The notes under the pieces: model-generated
Databases searched by the model: none
Seen by the model: only the letters and a program-made list of their open reading frames with translations
What the model was told of the DNA's origin: nothing
From: Bacilli bacterium
GTDB lineage: Bacteria; Bacillota_I; Bacilli_A; ML615J-28; CAG-698
Assembly (NCBI GenBank): GCA_050953065.1
Contig: JBMNLZ010000002.1
Span: 512,001-576,000 of the forward strand
DNA: 64,000 nt
Reading direction: 5' to 3'
Shown here: positions 35,263-44,938 of the stretch, piece after piece
Position numbering within the stretch: the first letter of the stretch is position 1
How the letters are laid out: every line of letters starts with the position of its first letter
Position numbers and translations under genes: made by a program

Positions 35263-35690
35263 AAAATGAATATTTGATTGTTCATAAAAGTATACTTCCT
35301 AGTTATTATGAAAAAGTAATTATAACTAGAGAAATGATAGAACAAAAAAAAATGAGTGTTTCTGAGGCTTGTAAATTAAATGATATTAGTAGAAGTACTT
35401 ATTATAAGTATAAAGATTATCTATTCTTACCATCTAAGGAATTAGGTAAAAAAGTTTTATTAGCATTTGTTTTACAAGATGTAAAAGGAGTTCTTTCAAG
35501 TATTTTAAATTTCATAGCTGAGATGCATGGCAATATTATTGCTATAAATCAAGAAGTGCCAATTAACTATACTGCTTATGTAACTTTAACAGTTGATATT
35601 GTAGAGTTAGATGTATCATTAGATGTATTATTAGATAATTTAAGAAAAATGTCTGGCGTTAATAGAGCAGATTTAATAGCGGTTGAATGA
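35259..35690 (+). CDS. thrR: HTH + ACT regulator (ThrR/PheB family)
   Basis: SVSEAC...ISRSTYYKYKD HTH, C-terminal ACT (DVKGVLS); located within the thr operon. Confidence 0.8.
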   Translation: MKNEYLIVHKSILPSYYEKVIITREMIEQKKMSVSEACKLNDISRSTYYKYKDYLFLPSKELGKKVLLAFVLQDVKGVLSSILNFIAEMHGNIIAINQEVPINYTAYVTLTVDIVELDVSLDVLLDNLRKMSGVNRADLIAVE

Positions 35691-35699
35691 GGTGAACAA

Positions 35700-36803
35700 A
35701 TGGAAGTAGCAATATTAGGATTAGGAACTATAGGCTTTGGAGTCTATGAGTTAATTAATAAAAGTGAATATCTAAAAGATGTTAAGGTAAAAAAGGTTTT
35801 AGATAAAGATAAATCAAAGGAAAGTCTTTTAAAACCAGGACAATTAACAGATAATTTTGAAGAGATTTTAAATGATGATAATATAAAAATTGTTTTTGAA
35901 GTGATGGGAGCAAGAGACTTTAGTTATCAATGTATTAAAAAAAGTTTAGAAAAGAAAAAACATGTTATAACTGCAAATAAGGAAGTTATTGCACTTTATT
36001 TAGATGAACTAACAACAATCGCTAAAAACAATAAAGTTAGTCTAATGTTTGAAGCATCAGTAGGTGGAGGAGTGTTTTTAATTACGCCATTACTTGAATG
36101 TGTTAAAATTAATGAAATTAAAAATATTTTAGGAATTTTAAATGGCACGACTAATTACATTTTAACTAAAATGAGTCAGGATAATTTAGATTTTAAAGAA
36201 GCTTTAAAGTTGGCCCAACAAAAAGGTTTTGCTGAGGCTAATCCAACAGCGGATTTAGAAGGCCTAGATATAGTTAGAAAAATAGCAATCCTTTCAATGA
36301 TTGCTTATAAGGGTGTATTAGATATTGAAGAGATTTATCATTTTGGAATTTCTAATATAGAGTATAGTGATATTGTATATTTAAAAAAATTAGGTTATGA
36401 TATTAAATTGATTGGTTCTTCATTTAACAATAATAATGAAATTGATATTTTAGTAGAACCAGTTGCAGTTAACAAATATAATATACTATCGGGAGTTACC
36501 CAAGAATTTAATGGTATCTTTATTGATGCAAGTATTAACGATAAATTGATGTTTTATGGTAAAGGGGCCGGAAGATATCCGACAGCTAATGCTTTAATTA
36601 ATGATATGATTAAGGTTTTAGAAAACAAAGGAAACAACTATTTTACAAATAAAAACAAATTAACAATTAGACCAGATTTAACTAAAAAAAGCGAATATTA
36701 TATTAGATTTAAAAATGGTCGCCAAATTATGACACATGAAATCACAAGAGAAGAGTTCTTGAGTCAATTAGATAATATAAAATTTTATACAAGAATAATA
36801 TAA
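35700..36803 (+). CDS. hom: Homoserine dehydrogenase
   Basis: GLGTIG, TANK, EASVGGG, GILNGTTNYIL and GKGAG motifs. Confidence 0.95.
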   Translation: MEVAILGLGTIGFGVYELINKSEYLKDVKVKKVLDKDKSKESLLKPGQLTDNFEEILNDDNIKIVFEVMGARDFSYQCIKKSLEKKKHVITANKEVIALYLDELTTIAKNNKVSLMFEASVGGGVFLITPLLECVKINEIKNILGILNGTTNYILTKMSQDNLDFKEALKLAQQKGFAEANPTADLEGLDIVRKIAILSMIAYKGVLDIEEIYHFGISNIEYSDIVYLKKLGYDIKLIGSSFNNNNEIDILVEPVAVNKYNILSGVTQEFNGIFIDASINDKLMFYGKGAGRYPTANALINDMIKVLENKGNNYFTNKNKLTIRPDLTKKSEYYIRFKNGRQIMTHEITREEFLSQLDNIKFYTRII

Positions 36804-36815
36804 GGAGAAATAAAT

Positions 36816-37802
36816 ATGAAAAAATACAATGTTGCATTAGTTGGAGCTACTGGATTAGTAGGTTCTACATTTATTAAAATTTTACAAGAAAAGAATTTTC
36901 CTGTTAAGAATTTAAAATTATTAGCATCAGCTAATAGTGCTGGTAAACAAATCGAATGTTTTGGTAAGATGTGGACAGTTGAAGAGTTAAAAGAAGATTC
37001 TTTTAAAGATGTTGATATTGCTTTGTTTAGTGCAGGTGGTTCAATTAGCCAAAAATTTGCACCAATCGCTGCAAAAGCAGGAGCAACTGTAATTGATAAC
37101 TCAAGTGCTTGGAGAATGGATAAGAACGTTCCTTTAGTAGTACCAGAAGTTAACTTTGATTCAATTAAAGATGCTAAGTTGATTGCAAATCCAAACTGTT
37201 CTACAATTCAAGTAATTCTACCTTTAGCAGCTTTAAAACAAAAATATGGTTTAAAGAAAGTTAATTTTGCTACTTACCAATCGGTTTCAGGAAGTGGAAT
37301 GAAGGGAATCAATGATTTACTTGTAACAAGAAAAGGTGAAAAGAATACTTTTTACCCTTATCCAATTGTTGATACTTGTATTCCTCAAATAGATGTTTTT
37401 CTTGAAAATGGATATACAAAAGAAGAAATGAAGATGGTTGATGAAACAAGAAAGATTCTAAATTTACCAGATTTAAAAGTTAGTGCAACTTGTATTAGAG
37501 TTCCTGTTTTATCATGTCATGGTGTTTCTATTCAAGTAGAATTAGAAAAAGATTTCAAAGTAGAAGATGTTAAAGAATTAATGAAAAACTTCCCAGGAAT
37601 AGTTTTAGCAGATGATCCAAGTAATGCAGTTTACCCAGTTTCAACAATTGCTACAAATACTGATAATGTTTATGTAGGACGTATTAGAAGAGATTTAAGT
37701 ACTGAAAAAGGATTACTATTATATACAGTAGCTGATAATATTAGAAAAGGGGCTGCAAGTAACGCTGTTCAAATTGCTGAAAAAATTATTGCCAGCAAAT
37801 AA
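36816..37802 (+). CDS. asd: Aspartate-semialdehyde dehydrogenase
   Basis: VGATGLVG, ANPNCST and DNIRKGAA motifs. Confidence 0.95.
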   Translation: MKKYNVALVGATGLVGSTFIKILQEKNFPVKNLKLLASANSAGKQIECFGKMWTVEELKEDSFKDVDIALFSAGGSISQKFAPIAAKAGATVIDNSSAWRMDKNVPLVVPEVNFDSIKDAKLIANPNCSTIQVILPLAALKQKYGLKKVNFATYQSVSGSGMKGINDLLVTRKGEKNTFYPYPIVDTCIPQIDVFLENGYTKEEMKMVDETRKILNLPDLKVSATCIRVPVLSCHGVSIQVELEKDFKVEDVKELMKNFPGIVLADDPSNAVYPVSTIATNTDNVYVGRIRRDLSTEKGLLLYTVADNIRKGAASNAVQIAEKIIASK

Positions 37803-37804
37803 AA

Positions 37805-38095
37805 ATGGGTGTAAAGAATCAAATTCTTCAAAAAGATAGTATTATTACTTTAATAAATGATGAGGGAAAAGATATCTCTTTCCATATGGTTGCAGGTATA
37901 AACCATGAACATGATTATTATGTTATTGTAGAACCACTTTCTAAATATTCTGATATAAAAGAAAATAGCTTAGTGATTTATAAAGTTTTAGATGAAGAAG
38001 TAAGTAATAAATCTTTTGAATTAGTAATTGATAAGGAAATTATTTTAGAAGTATTTAAAAAGTATGAAAAACTTTTAGAATTAGAAAAAAGTTAA
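37805..38095 (+). CDS. Small acidic protein, DUF1292-like
   Basis: IITLINDEGK...F...Y pattern resembles DUF1292; weak RBS. Confidence 0.55.
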   Translation: MGVKNQILQKDSIITLINDEGKDISFHMVAGINHEHDYYVIVEPLSKYSDIKENSLVIYKVLDEEVSNKSFELVIDKEIILEVFKKYEKLLELEKS

Positions 38096-38117
38096 TAAAT
38101 CTTTTAAAAGGTGAAAC

Positions 38118-38426
38118 ATGATATTGAGTAAATTTTTTACTATCATAATTTTTATTGCTTTAGTAGTAATTATCTTAATAGTTTTATATTTTATATTTTT
38201 AAAAATGAAATGGGTTAAAACTAAACAAAAGGCTGATAGATTAATAGAAGCTAGTGATTTAGAAAGAAAAATTATTGATATTATAGCTGATGATGATAAA
38301 ATTAGTATTTTAGAAATTGCTAAAAAACTTAATGTAAAAGCTAAGGTAGTAAAAACTACGATTGATGAATTAATCGACAACGATTTATTAAGTTATGAGA
38401 ATAATAGATGGGGTATATTTAAATAA
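38118..38426 (+). CDS. Single-TM protein with C-terminal winged-HTH-like domain
   Basis: Hydrophobic N-terminal helix, then ISILEIAKKLNV...VKTTIDELIDNDLL; AAGGTGA RBS. Confidence 0.6.
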   Translation: MILSKFFTIIIFIALVVIILIVLYFIFLKMKWVKTKQKADRLIEASDLERKIIDIIADDDKISILEIAKKLNVKAKVVKTTIDELIDNDLLSYENNRWGIFK

Positions 38427-38438
38427 ATATACCCTTTT
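38410..38438 (+). terminator. Terminator
   Basis: GGGTATATTTA-AA-TAAATATACCC followed by a T run. Confidence 0.7.
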
Positions 38439-38497
38439 TAATTGAAAAAAAATCTGATTGTGATATAATATATATAGTAAAAAGAAAGAAATAGTTT

Positions 38498-39028
38498 ATG
38501 TTAGTATTAATTGGACCTAGCGCTTCTGGTAAAACTGAAATTGCTAAAATCTTAATTGAAAAATATAACTTTGAAAAGTTAGTTACTTATACTACTAGAA
38601 AAAAAAGAGTTAATGAAAAGTGTGGTATTGATTATCATTTTGTGAGTAAAGAAGAATTTTTATTAATGAAAGATAAAAATGAATTTATTGAAACTACATT
38701 TTATAATGATAATTATTATGGTACTAGGATTAAAGATATTAGTGATAATAAGGTAGTAATACTAGACCCAGCGGGTGCTAATAATTTTTTAAATTATTTT
38801 AAAGATAGGATATATACTGTTTATTTAGAAACAACCAAAGAATTAAGAAAAAAAAGAATGCTTGAAAGACATGATGAATTAGATTTAATTCATAAAAGAT
38901 TAGAAAACGATGATAAGATTTTTAATAAAGAAAATATAAAAAAAATAAATAAGGTAATAATAAATGAGCAAACAACATTAGAGATACTAGCTCATGAAAT
39001 ATATAATTTATATATAAATAGAAAGTAG
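38498..39028 (+). CDS. gmk: Guanylate kinase family protein
   Basis: GPSASGKT, TYTTR, GIDYHF and NYYGT motifs. Confidence 0.75.
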   Translation: MLVLIGPSASGKTEIAKILIEKYNFEKLVTYTTRKKRVNEKCGIDYHFVSKEEFLLMKDKNEFIETTFYNDNYYGTRIKDISDNKVVILDPAGANNFLNYFKDRIYTVYLETTKELRKKRMLERHDELDLIHKRLENDDKIFNKENIKKINKVIINEQTTLEILAHEIYNLYINRK

Positions 39029-39036
39029 AGGATATT

Positions 39037-39612
39037 ATGGCAAAAATTTTAATTGAAACATCAGCAAGACATGTTCACGTAAGTGAGAAAGATTTAAAAA
39101 CGCTTTTTGGAAAAGATGGATGTCTTACAGTTAGAAATGATTTATCACAACCAGGACAATTTGCATCAAATGAAAAAGTTGAATTGGTAGGTCCAAAGAG
39201 AAGCATTAAAAATGTTTCTATTTTAGGTCCTGTTAGAGCTGCTACACAAGTTGAAATTTCAGCAACTGATGCTAGAAGTTTAGGAATTGATGCAGTTGTT
39301 CGTGAATCGGGGGATATAGCTAATACTCCTGGATGTAAAATAATTGGCCCTGCAGGAGAAATAGAAATTAAAGAAGGTGTAATTGTTGCTAAAAGGCACA
39401 TACATGCTACTCCTGAACAAGCTAAAGCTTTAGGAATTATGGATAAGGAAATAGTAGGAGTAGAAGTAAATAACGATGTGCGTTCTATAGTGTTTAAAGA
39501 TGTTGTAGTTCGTGTTAGTCCAAAATTTGAAAGTGCTATGCATATTGATACAGATGAATCAAATGCTGGGATGATAGCACCTAATACATACGGAAAAATA
39601 ATTAAGTACTAA
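39037..39612 (+). CDS. pduL: PduL-family phosphate acyltransferase
   Basis: SARHVH, LSQPGQFA, KRHIH and MHIDTDE motifs. Confidence 0.9.
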   Translation: MAKILIETSARHVHVSEKDLKTLFGKDGCLTVRNDLSQPGQFASNEKVELVGPKRSIKNVSILGPVRAATQVEISATDARSLGIDAVVRESGDIANTPGCKIIGPAGEIEIKEGVIVAKRHIHATPEQAKALGIMDKEIVGVEVNNDVRSIVFKDVVVRVSPKFESAMHIDTDESNAGMIAPNTYGKIIKY

Positions 39613-39617
39613 TAATT

Positions 39618-39645
39618 AAAAATGCCTGCTTAATAGCAGGCATTT
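39618..39645. terminator. Terminator between convergent pduL and tRNA
   Basis: AAATGCCTGCT-TAAT-AGCAGGCATTT. Confidence 0.8.
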
Positions 39646-39657
39646 AAAATAGACAAA

Positions 39658-39733
39658 TGGTACACCTTTAGGGATTCGAACCCTAGACCCATTGATTAAG
39701 AGTCAATTGCTCTACCGACTGAGCTAAAGGTGC
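39658..39733 (-). tRNA. tRNA-Lys (anticodon CTT)
   Basis: Reverse complement GCACCTTTAGCTCAGTCGGTAGAGCAATTGACTCTTAATCAATGGGTCTAGGGTTCGAATCCCTAAAGGTGTACCA: 76 nt cloverleaf with encoded CCA. Confidence 0.95.
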
Positions 39734-39748
39734 ATATAAACTAAAGAT

Positions 39749-39777
39749 ATTATATAATATTTTTTCTAAAATGGCAA
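39749..39777 (-). promoter_or_regulatory. tRNA promoter
   Basis: TTGCCA-17 nt-TATAAT on the minus strand. Confidence 0.7.
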
Positions 39778-39844
39778 ACTCTAATTTAAAAAAATATGTC
39801 ATTTTTTTAAAAAAAGTAATATAATATAAATGGGTGAATAAAAG

Positions 39845-40492
39845 ATGTGGGCAGATTTTTTTAATTCTTTAATTTATATAGTTCCAGCTGCACTGATTGC
39901 AATTGTATTGCATGAGTTTGCACATGGTTTTGTATCTCATCTTTTAGGTGACCCTACACCAAAAGAAGGAGGTAGGCTTTCACTTAACCCATTAAAACAT
40001 CTAGACCCAATTGGAACAATATGTTTAATATTTTTTAAATTTGGTTGGGCAAAACCAGTAATGGTAAATCCAAGATATTACAAAAATCCAAAAACAGGCA
40101 TGGTTTTAGTGGCGCTGGCTGGTCCTTTTATGAATTTGTTAATTGCTTTTTTATGTGTATTTGGACTAGGAATTTATCTTAAAACTGGTGGAAGTTATTA
40201 TATTGAATTTAATTCATATTTTATTACGTTTATTCAATTTTTAATAGTAATAAATATTGGACTTGGAGTTTTTAATTTAATTCCTTTTCCACCACTAGAT
40301 GGTTCAAAAATTTTAGGAGCAATTCTTCCAGAAAATGTTTATTTTAAAATAATGGCATACGAGCAATATGGCATGATTGTTTTACTTTTATTGTTGTCAA
40401 CAAATCTACTAACAAAACCACTTGTTTATTTACAAGAAGGAATATTTGATGCTTTTTGGAATTTAACTAAAATAATTTTAAAAATATCTTAG
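39845..40492 (+). CDS. Site-2 protease (M50) family
   Basis: HEFAH, LAGP and NLIPFPPLDG motifs. Confidence 0.92.
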   Translation: MWADFFNSLIYIVPAALIAIVLHEFAHGFVSHLLGDPTPKEGGRLSLNPLKHLDPIGTICLIFFKFGWAKPVMVNPRYYKNPKTGMVLVALAGPFMNLLIAFLCVFGLGIYLKTGGSYYIEFNSYFITFIQFLIVINIGLGVFNLIPFPPLDGSKILGAILPENVYFKIMAYEQYGMIVLLLLLSTNLLTKPLVYLQEGIFDAFWNLTKIILKIS

Positions 40493-40633
40493 AAAAGATT
40501 GTTTTGTTTTAGTTATTTCTAGTGTCAAACTAACATAGATAAAAAAACATTAACATTGCTAAAGAGAAAATGAGAAAAATATTGCAATATAGATAAAATA
40601 TATTATATAATATATTTGTATAAAGGGGAAAGT

Positions 40634-41653
40634 ATGAATACTAAAAATAATGAAAAATTTGAATTAGTTGAACAAGAAGATAATCAAGTTGTAGAAATAA
40701 AAGAACCATTAACTCCAAAGACTAAAAAACAAACCAGAAGAAATAAGTTTTGGATTGCAATTGGAATTGGTTCTGCTTTGTTTTTATTGATACTAATCAT
40801 AAGTAGTATTTTGTCGATTGGTGAAAAATTAAGAAATATTCATGAATATGTAGAATATGGGTTTTATGTTTTAGCATTTTTTTTAATATATTTCTTAATA
40901 ATTAATCCTGTAAGAGTAGTTCTTTTTGCACCAACTTTTTCTATTGTTAGTATTCTAGATCAAAAAACAGGTAAAAGTTATAGATTATGTAAAAAGATTA
41001 GAAAAAATATTTTATCTAAGACTGAAATTCCTGAAGAAGGGAAAGAAATTCTTACTAGAAAAGCTTCATCAAAAACTGAATTAAAAGAAAACTTACATAC
41101 ATTTTTTAACACTTATGTAAAAAAAGAAATTAATAAAGTTATCTTTAAAAATGCTAAAACGGTAATGATATCAACTGCTATTTCCCAAAATGGAAAACTT
41201 GATATGTTAACTGTGATTGCGGTTAATTTAAAAATGATTAAAGAGATTGTTGAAAAATGTGGATTTAGGCCTAGTTATGCTAAACTAGGAAAACTATCGC
41301 TTAATGTATTAACGACTGCTTTAATTGCAGAAGGGTTAGAAGGAATTGATTTTAATGAATTGTTTCCAAATACAACTGCTAATATATTAGCTGATATTCC
41401 ATTTGTTAGGACTTTGATTAATAGTATTTTGCAAGGTATTTCAAACGCTTTGCTTACTATTAGAATTGGTATTGTTACAAGAAGATATTTATTTTCTGAA
41501 TATAAAGAACTTGATAAGTCAGAAGTTAGGAAAGAAGCGTTTAAAGAGTCAGTTAAAATGTTACCAGTGGTAATAAAAGATGTTATAGCATACTTCCCAA
41601 GTCGTATTGCTAAAATGTTTACAAAACAAAAAATGGATAAAGCAGAAGCTTAA
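40634..41653 (+). CDS. DUF697/YcjF-like membrane protein
   Basis: Two TM helices, then TAISQNGKLD, GFRPS and QGISNALLTIRIG; ATG 40634 after AAGGGG preferred as start. Confidence 0.7.
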   Translation: MNTKNNEKFELVEQEDNQVVEIKEPLTPKTKKQTRRNKFWIAIGIGSALFLLILIISSILSIGEKLRNIHEYVEYGFYVLAFFLIYFLIINPVRVVLFAPTFSIVSILDQKTGKSYRLCKKIRKNILSKTEIPEEGKEILTRKASSKTELKENLHTFFNTYVKKEINKVIFKNAKTVMISTAISQNGKLDMLTVIAVNLKMIKEIVEKCGFRPSYAKLGKLSLNVLTTALIAEGLEGIDFNELFPNTTANILADIPFVRTLINSILQGISNALLTIRIGIVTRRYLFSEYKELDKSEVRKEAFKESVKMLPVVIKDVIAYFPSRIAKMFTKQKMDKAEA

Positions 41654-41676
41654 AAGAGGGAGGATAAGTAGAGCTT

Positions 41677-43281
41677 ATGGTTATTATTGATATAGTTGTT
41701 ATTGTTTTAGTTATATTCTTTTGTTTGCTAGGTTTAAGAAGAGGGCTTTGGAATTCATTGTTTAAATTAATTTCAGCCGTTTTGTGCATACCTTTAGCAA
41801 TTTTATTTGGAAATATTCTTTATGGAAAATTAAAGACAATTAATTTTGATCAACTTACTGGTGGTAAGATTCCAATTGAAAGCATTGATGAGATTGTTCC
41901 TAAATTAAGAGAGATAGAAGGAGCAGCAGAAATATTTGATGCAGTACCTTCATTAGAAGTGTTAATTGAAAATTGGTCAGAAGTTTTTGTAAAGGTTTTA
42001 GTTATATATCTAACTGGGTTAGTTTTATTTGTTGCTATGATATTAATATCTAACTTGCTTTGGCATTTGCTTTTGAAGCATTTCTTCCCAAAAGATATGA
42101 AAATTCGAATTGGCGGAGTCTTTGTTTCATTAGTTCAGTCATTAGTAATTATTAGTTTTATTCTAATGCCAGCAATTATTGCTCGCCCATTAGTTGCTAA
42201 ACTAGAAGAGTCAGAGATTATGACTGAAGAAATGAAAAACGAGATGGCTGCTCCAGTAGATTATGTTGATAGTTCTTTTTCATTTAAGATAGTTTCAAAA
42301 CTAGCCAGTCCTTTTGCAAAAGGGGTTGGTAAATATACACATGAAGATAAGAAATATAATGCTTTTGGTGAAGTAGGAGAAGCTATTGATGTAATAGATT
42401 TAGGTCTTTCAATCAAAAACAGATTGACAGATAATAGCGATATGTTCCATATTGATTTTGGAACAATGAATGTTATTGAATTAAGAGCAGCTTTAAATAA
42501 TATTGGGGATGAATTAGGCAAAATCGATGATTCTTTAAATAAATTAAATCAAACAAGTAATGTTAGAAATGTTACTGAAGAGTTAGTAATATATTTATTG
42601 GAAAAATTGTTTGCTGAATCTGGTTCATTAGAATCAGTTGATTTGTCTAGTATTGATTTTTCAGAAAAGTTTAATATTAAAGATCAAGTTTTACCATTGT
42701 TATTTGCTGAAGCGATTGCACAACTTGAAACACAATATCCGTTCCTTGCAGGTTATGATTTAAGTTCAATGACTTTTGATGAAATCGTTAATGAAATAGT
42801 TGCTTTTGCTGCAGCTGCAGCTTTATATAATGATATTAACTCAATTATGCAAGATATAAATAATATTAATAATATTGATCCAGAAATGATGCTACAATAT
42901 TTTGAAGATATCGAAAACAGTGAGATTGCTCAAGATTTAATTGAGAATGTTATTTCAGAATTAGCTGAAGATGCTGGATTAGAAATAGACGATGTTGATT
43001 TTATAGATGAAGGTCAATTGATGGCAAGATTAATGATTCTTTCAAAATCAACAGATCCTAATGCAGAAGGGTTTGAGGAAGAATGTATAGCAGTAGCATT
43101 AGCTGTAAGTAGAAGTGTTGCAACTTATCAATTTGTAATAATGTCAACTTCACCTACTAAACATATGGTTACTGTTAATTTATCTACATATCTAAATATT
43201 CAATCAGCACTTGCTAATGCTGATCCTGCAATCGATTCAACTGTTCAAGCTAATGTTATGAATATTTATCAAGTAGGATAA
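41677..43281 (+). CDS. Membrane protein with CvpA-like N-terminus and large acidic helical C-terminal region
   Basis: IDIVVI...GLRRGL N-terminus and several TM segments; GGAGG RBS. Confidence 0.6.
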   Translation: MVIIDIVVIVLVIFFCLLGLRRGLWNSLFKLISAVLCIPLAILFGNILYGKLKTINFDQLTGGKIPIESIDEIVPKLREIEGAAEIFDAVPSLEVLIENWSEVFVKVLVIYLTGLVLFVAMILISNLLWHLLLKHFFPKDMKIRIGGVFVSLVQSLVIISFILMPAIIARPLVAKLEESEIMTEEMKNEMAAPVDYVDSSFSFKIVSKLASPFAKGVGKYTHEDKKYNAFGEVGEAIDVIDLGLSIKNRLTDNSDMFHIDFGTMNVIELRAALNNIGDELGKIDDSLNKLNQTSNVRNVTEELVIYLLEKLFAESGSLESVDLSSIDFSEKFNIKDQVLPLLFAEAIAQLETQYPFLAGYDLSSMTFDEIVNEIVAFAAAAALYNDINSIMQDINNINNIDPEMMLQYFEDIENSEIAQDLIENVISELAEDAGLEIDDVDFIDEGQLMARLMILSKSTDPNAEGFEEECIAVALAVSRSVATYQFVIMSTSPTKHMVTVNLSTYLNIQSALANADPAIDSTVQANVMNIYQVG

Positions 43282-43299
43282 TTTTTAAAATTTAAATTT

Positions 43300-43334
43300 A
43301 ACTTCTTAAGTATTAATTACTTAAGAAGTTTTTT
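43300..43334 (+). terminator. Terminator
   Basis: AACTTCTTAAGTA...TACTTAAGAAGTT followed by a T run. Confidence 0.75.
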
Positions 43335-43408
43335 GTTTTAAAAACAAAATTATAAATTGTAAAATATTAATCTTTATGGTATAATTCTTAAGTATTTAGG
43401 AGCCTTTT

Positions 43409-44938
43409 ATGAGTATTTTAAAAGTAGAAAATTTAAAATTTAGTTATGGCGAAAATGATCTATTTAATAATGTTAATTTTGATTTACATTTAAATGATCA
43501 TTTAGGCTTAGTTGGTGCTAATGGTAGTGGAAAAACAACATTTTTAAATTTAATATCACATAAAATTTATCCTGATAAAGGAAGTGTTACGTGGGATAAT
43601 AAAGTTAGTTTTAGTTACCTAGACCAACATTTAAAGATAGATACCAATATTACTATTGAAAAATATTTATATGATGTTTATGAAGAACTTTTTTTAAAAG
43701 AAAAAGAAATGAATAAACTATATAAATCTTTAGAAAATCCAGATGGAGTTGATATTGACAGGATTTTAAATAAAGCCTATAATATTCAAAGTTATTTAGA
43801 AGAAAAAGATTTTTATCAAATTAAATCAAAAATTGGGAATGTTTTAAATGGCTTAGGGATAAATGTAGAAGAAGATAGACTTCTTAGTGAGTTATCAAGT
43901 GGCCAAAGAATTAAAGTGTTTTTAGCTAAAATGCTTTTAGAAGAAAAGGATGTTTTATTATTAGATGAACCAACTAACTTCTTAGATGCAGTTCATATTG
44001 ATTGGCTAACTAAATATTTGAATAATTATAAAAATGCATTTATTGTAATTTCACATAATTATGTTTTTTTGAATGCAATTTCAAATTGTATTGCAAATCT
44101 TGAGAATAAAGATATTGTTAAATACAGGGGGGATTTTGAAAGTTTTTTGCTTCAAAAAAGTTTAAGGGATAATTTTTATAAAAAAGAATATGAAGCACAA
44201 CAAAAAAGAATTAAAAGTTTACAAGAGTTTGTTGATAAAAATATTGTAAGAGCAACAACTGCCAAACGAGCTAAAAGTAGACAAAAACTTTTAGATAAAA
44301 TTGTGGTTATGGAAAAACCTCAAAGTGAGAAAAAGGTCCATTTTGAGTTTAAGTTTACTAGTGGATTTAATAGAAAAGCATTAATCTTAAATGATTTATG
44401 TATTGGTTATAAGAAGAGTTTATTAGCACCTTTGAATTTTTCTATATCTTTTGGAGAAAAGGTTGTTATTATTGGTAAAAATGGTGTTGGTAAAACAACC
44501 TTTTTAAAAACAATTTTAGGTGAAATTCCTGCCATTAGTGGAAGTTATAAGTTAGATGAATTAAATAAAGTTTTGTATTATAAGCAAGAAGAAGCGTTAG
44601 AAAATATTACCCCGCTTCAGTATATAAAGAATTTATATATGTTAATGACTGATGAGGATATTAGAAAACTACTTGCAAGGTATGGAATAAGGGGAAAACT
44701 TGCTTTAAAGACAATGGATAAGTTAAGTGGTGGAGAAGTAACTAAAGTGAGATTTGCAAGACTTAGTTTAGAAAAATCTAATTTATTGATCCTAGATGAA
44801 CCGACTAATCATTTAGATAATACTGCTAAGAAAGCTTTGTTTGAAGCTGTTAATAAATATGAAGGAACTGTAATCATGGTTTCTCATGAAAAAGAATTTT
44901 ATAAAGAATTAAATATGAAAGAGATTAAATTTGAATGA
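43409..44938 (+). CDS. ABC-F family ribosome-associated ATPase
   Basis: Two Walker A motifs (GANGSGKT, GKNGVGKT), two LLDEPTN-type Walker B motifs, no TM segments. Confidence 0.92.
   Translation: MSILKVENLKFSYGENDLFNNVNFDLHLNDHLGLVGANGSGKTTFLNLISHKIYPDKGSVTWDNKVSFSYLDQHLKIDTNITIEKYLYDVYEELFLKEKEMNKLYKSLENPDGVDIDRILNKAYNIQSYLEEKDFYQIKSKIGNVLNGLGINVEEDRLLSELSSGQRIKVFLAKMLLEEKDVLLLDEPTNFLDAVHIDWLTKYLNNYKNAFIVISHNYVFLNAISNCIANLENKDIVKYRGDFESFLLQKSLRDNFYKKEYEAQQKRIKSLQEFVDKNIVRATTAKRAKSRQKLLDKIVVMEKPQSEKKVHFEFKFTSGFNRKALILNDLCIGYKKSLLAPLNFSISFGEKVVIIGKNGVGKTTFLKTILGEIPAISGSYKLDELNKVLYYKQEEALENITPLQYIKNLYMLMTDEDIRKLLARYGIRGKLALKTMDKLSGGEVTKVRFARLSLEKSNLLILDEPTNHLDNTAKKALFEAVNKYEGTVIMVSHEKEFYKELNMKEIKFE

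Noticed and set aside
39658-39733. tRNA-Lys as an integration site
   Set aside because: No integrase, no duplicated tRNA 3' end noticed and no compositional shift nearby.
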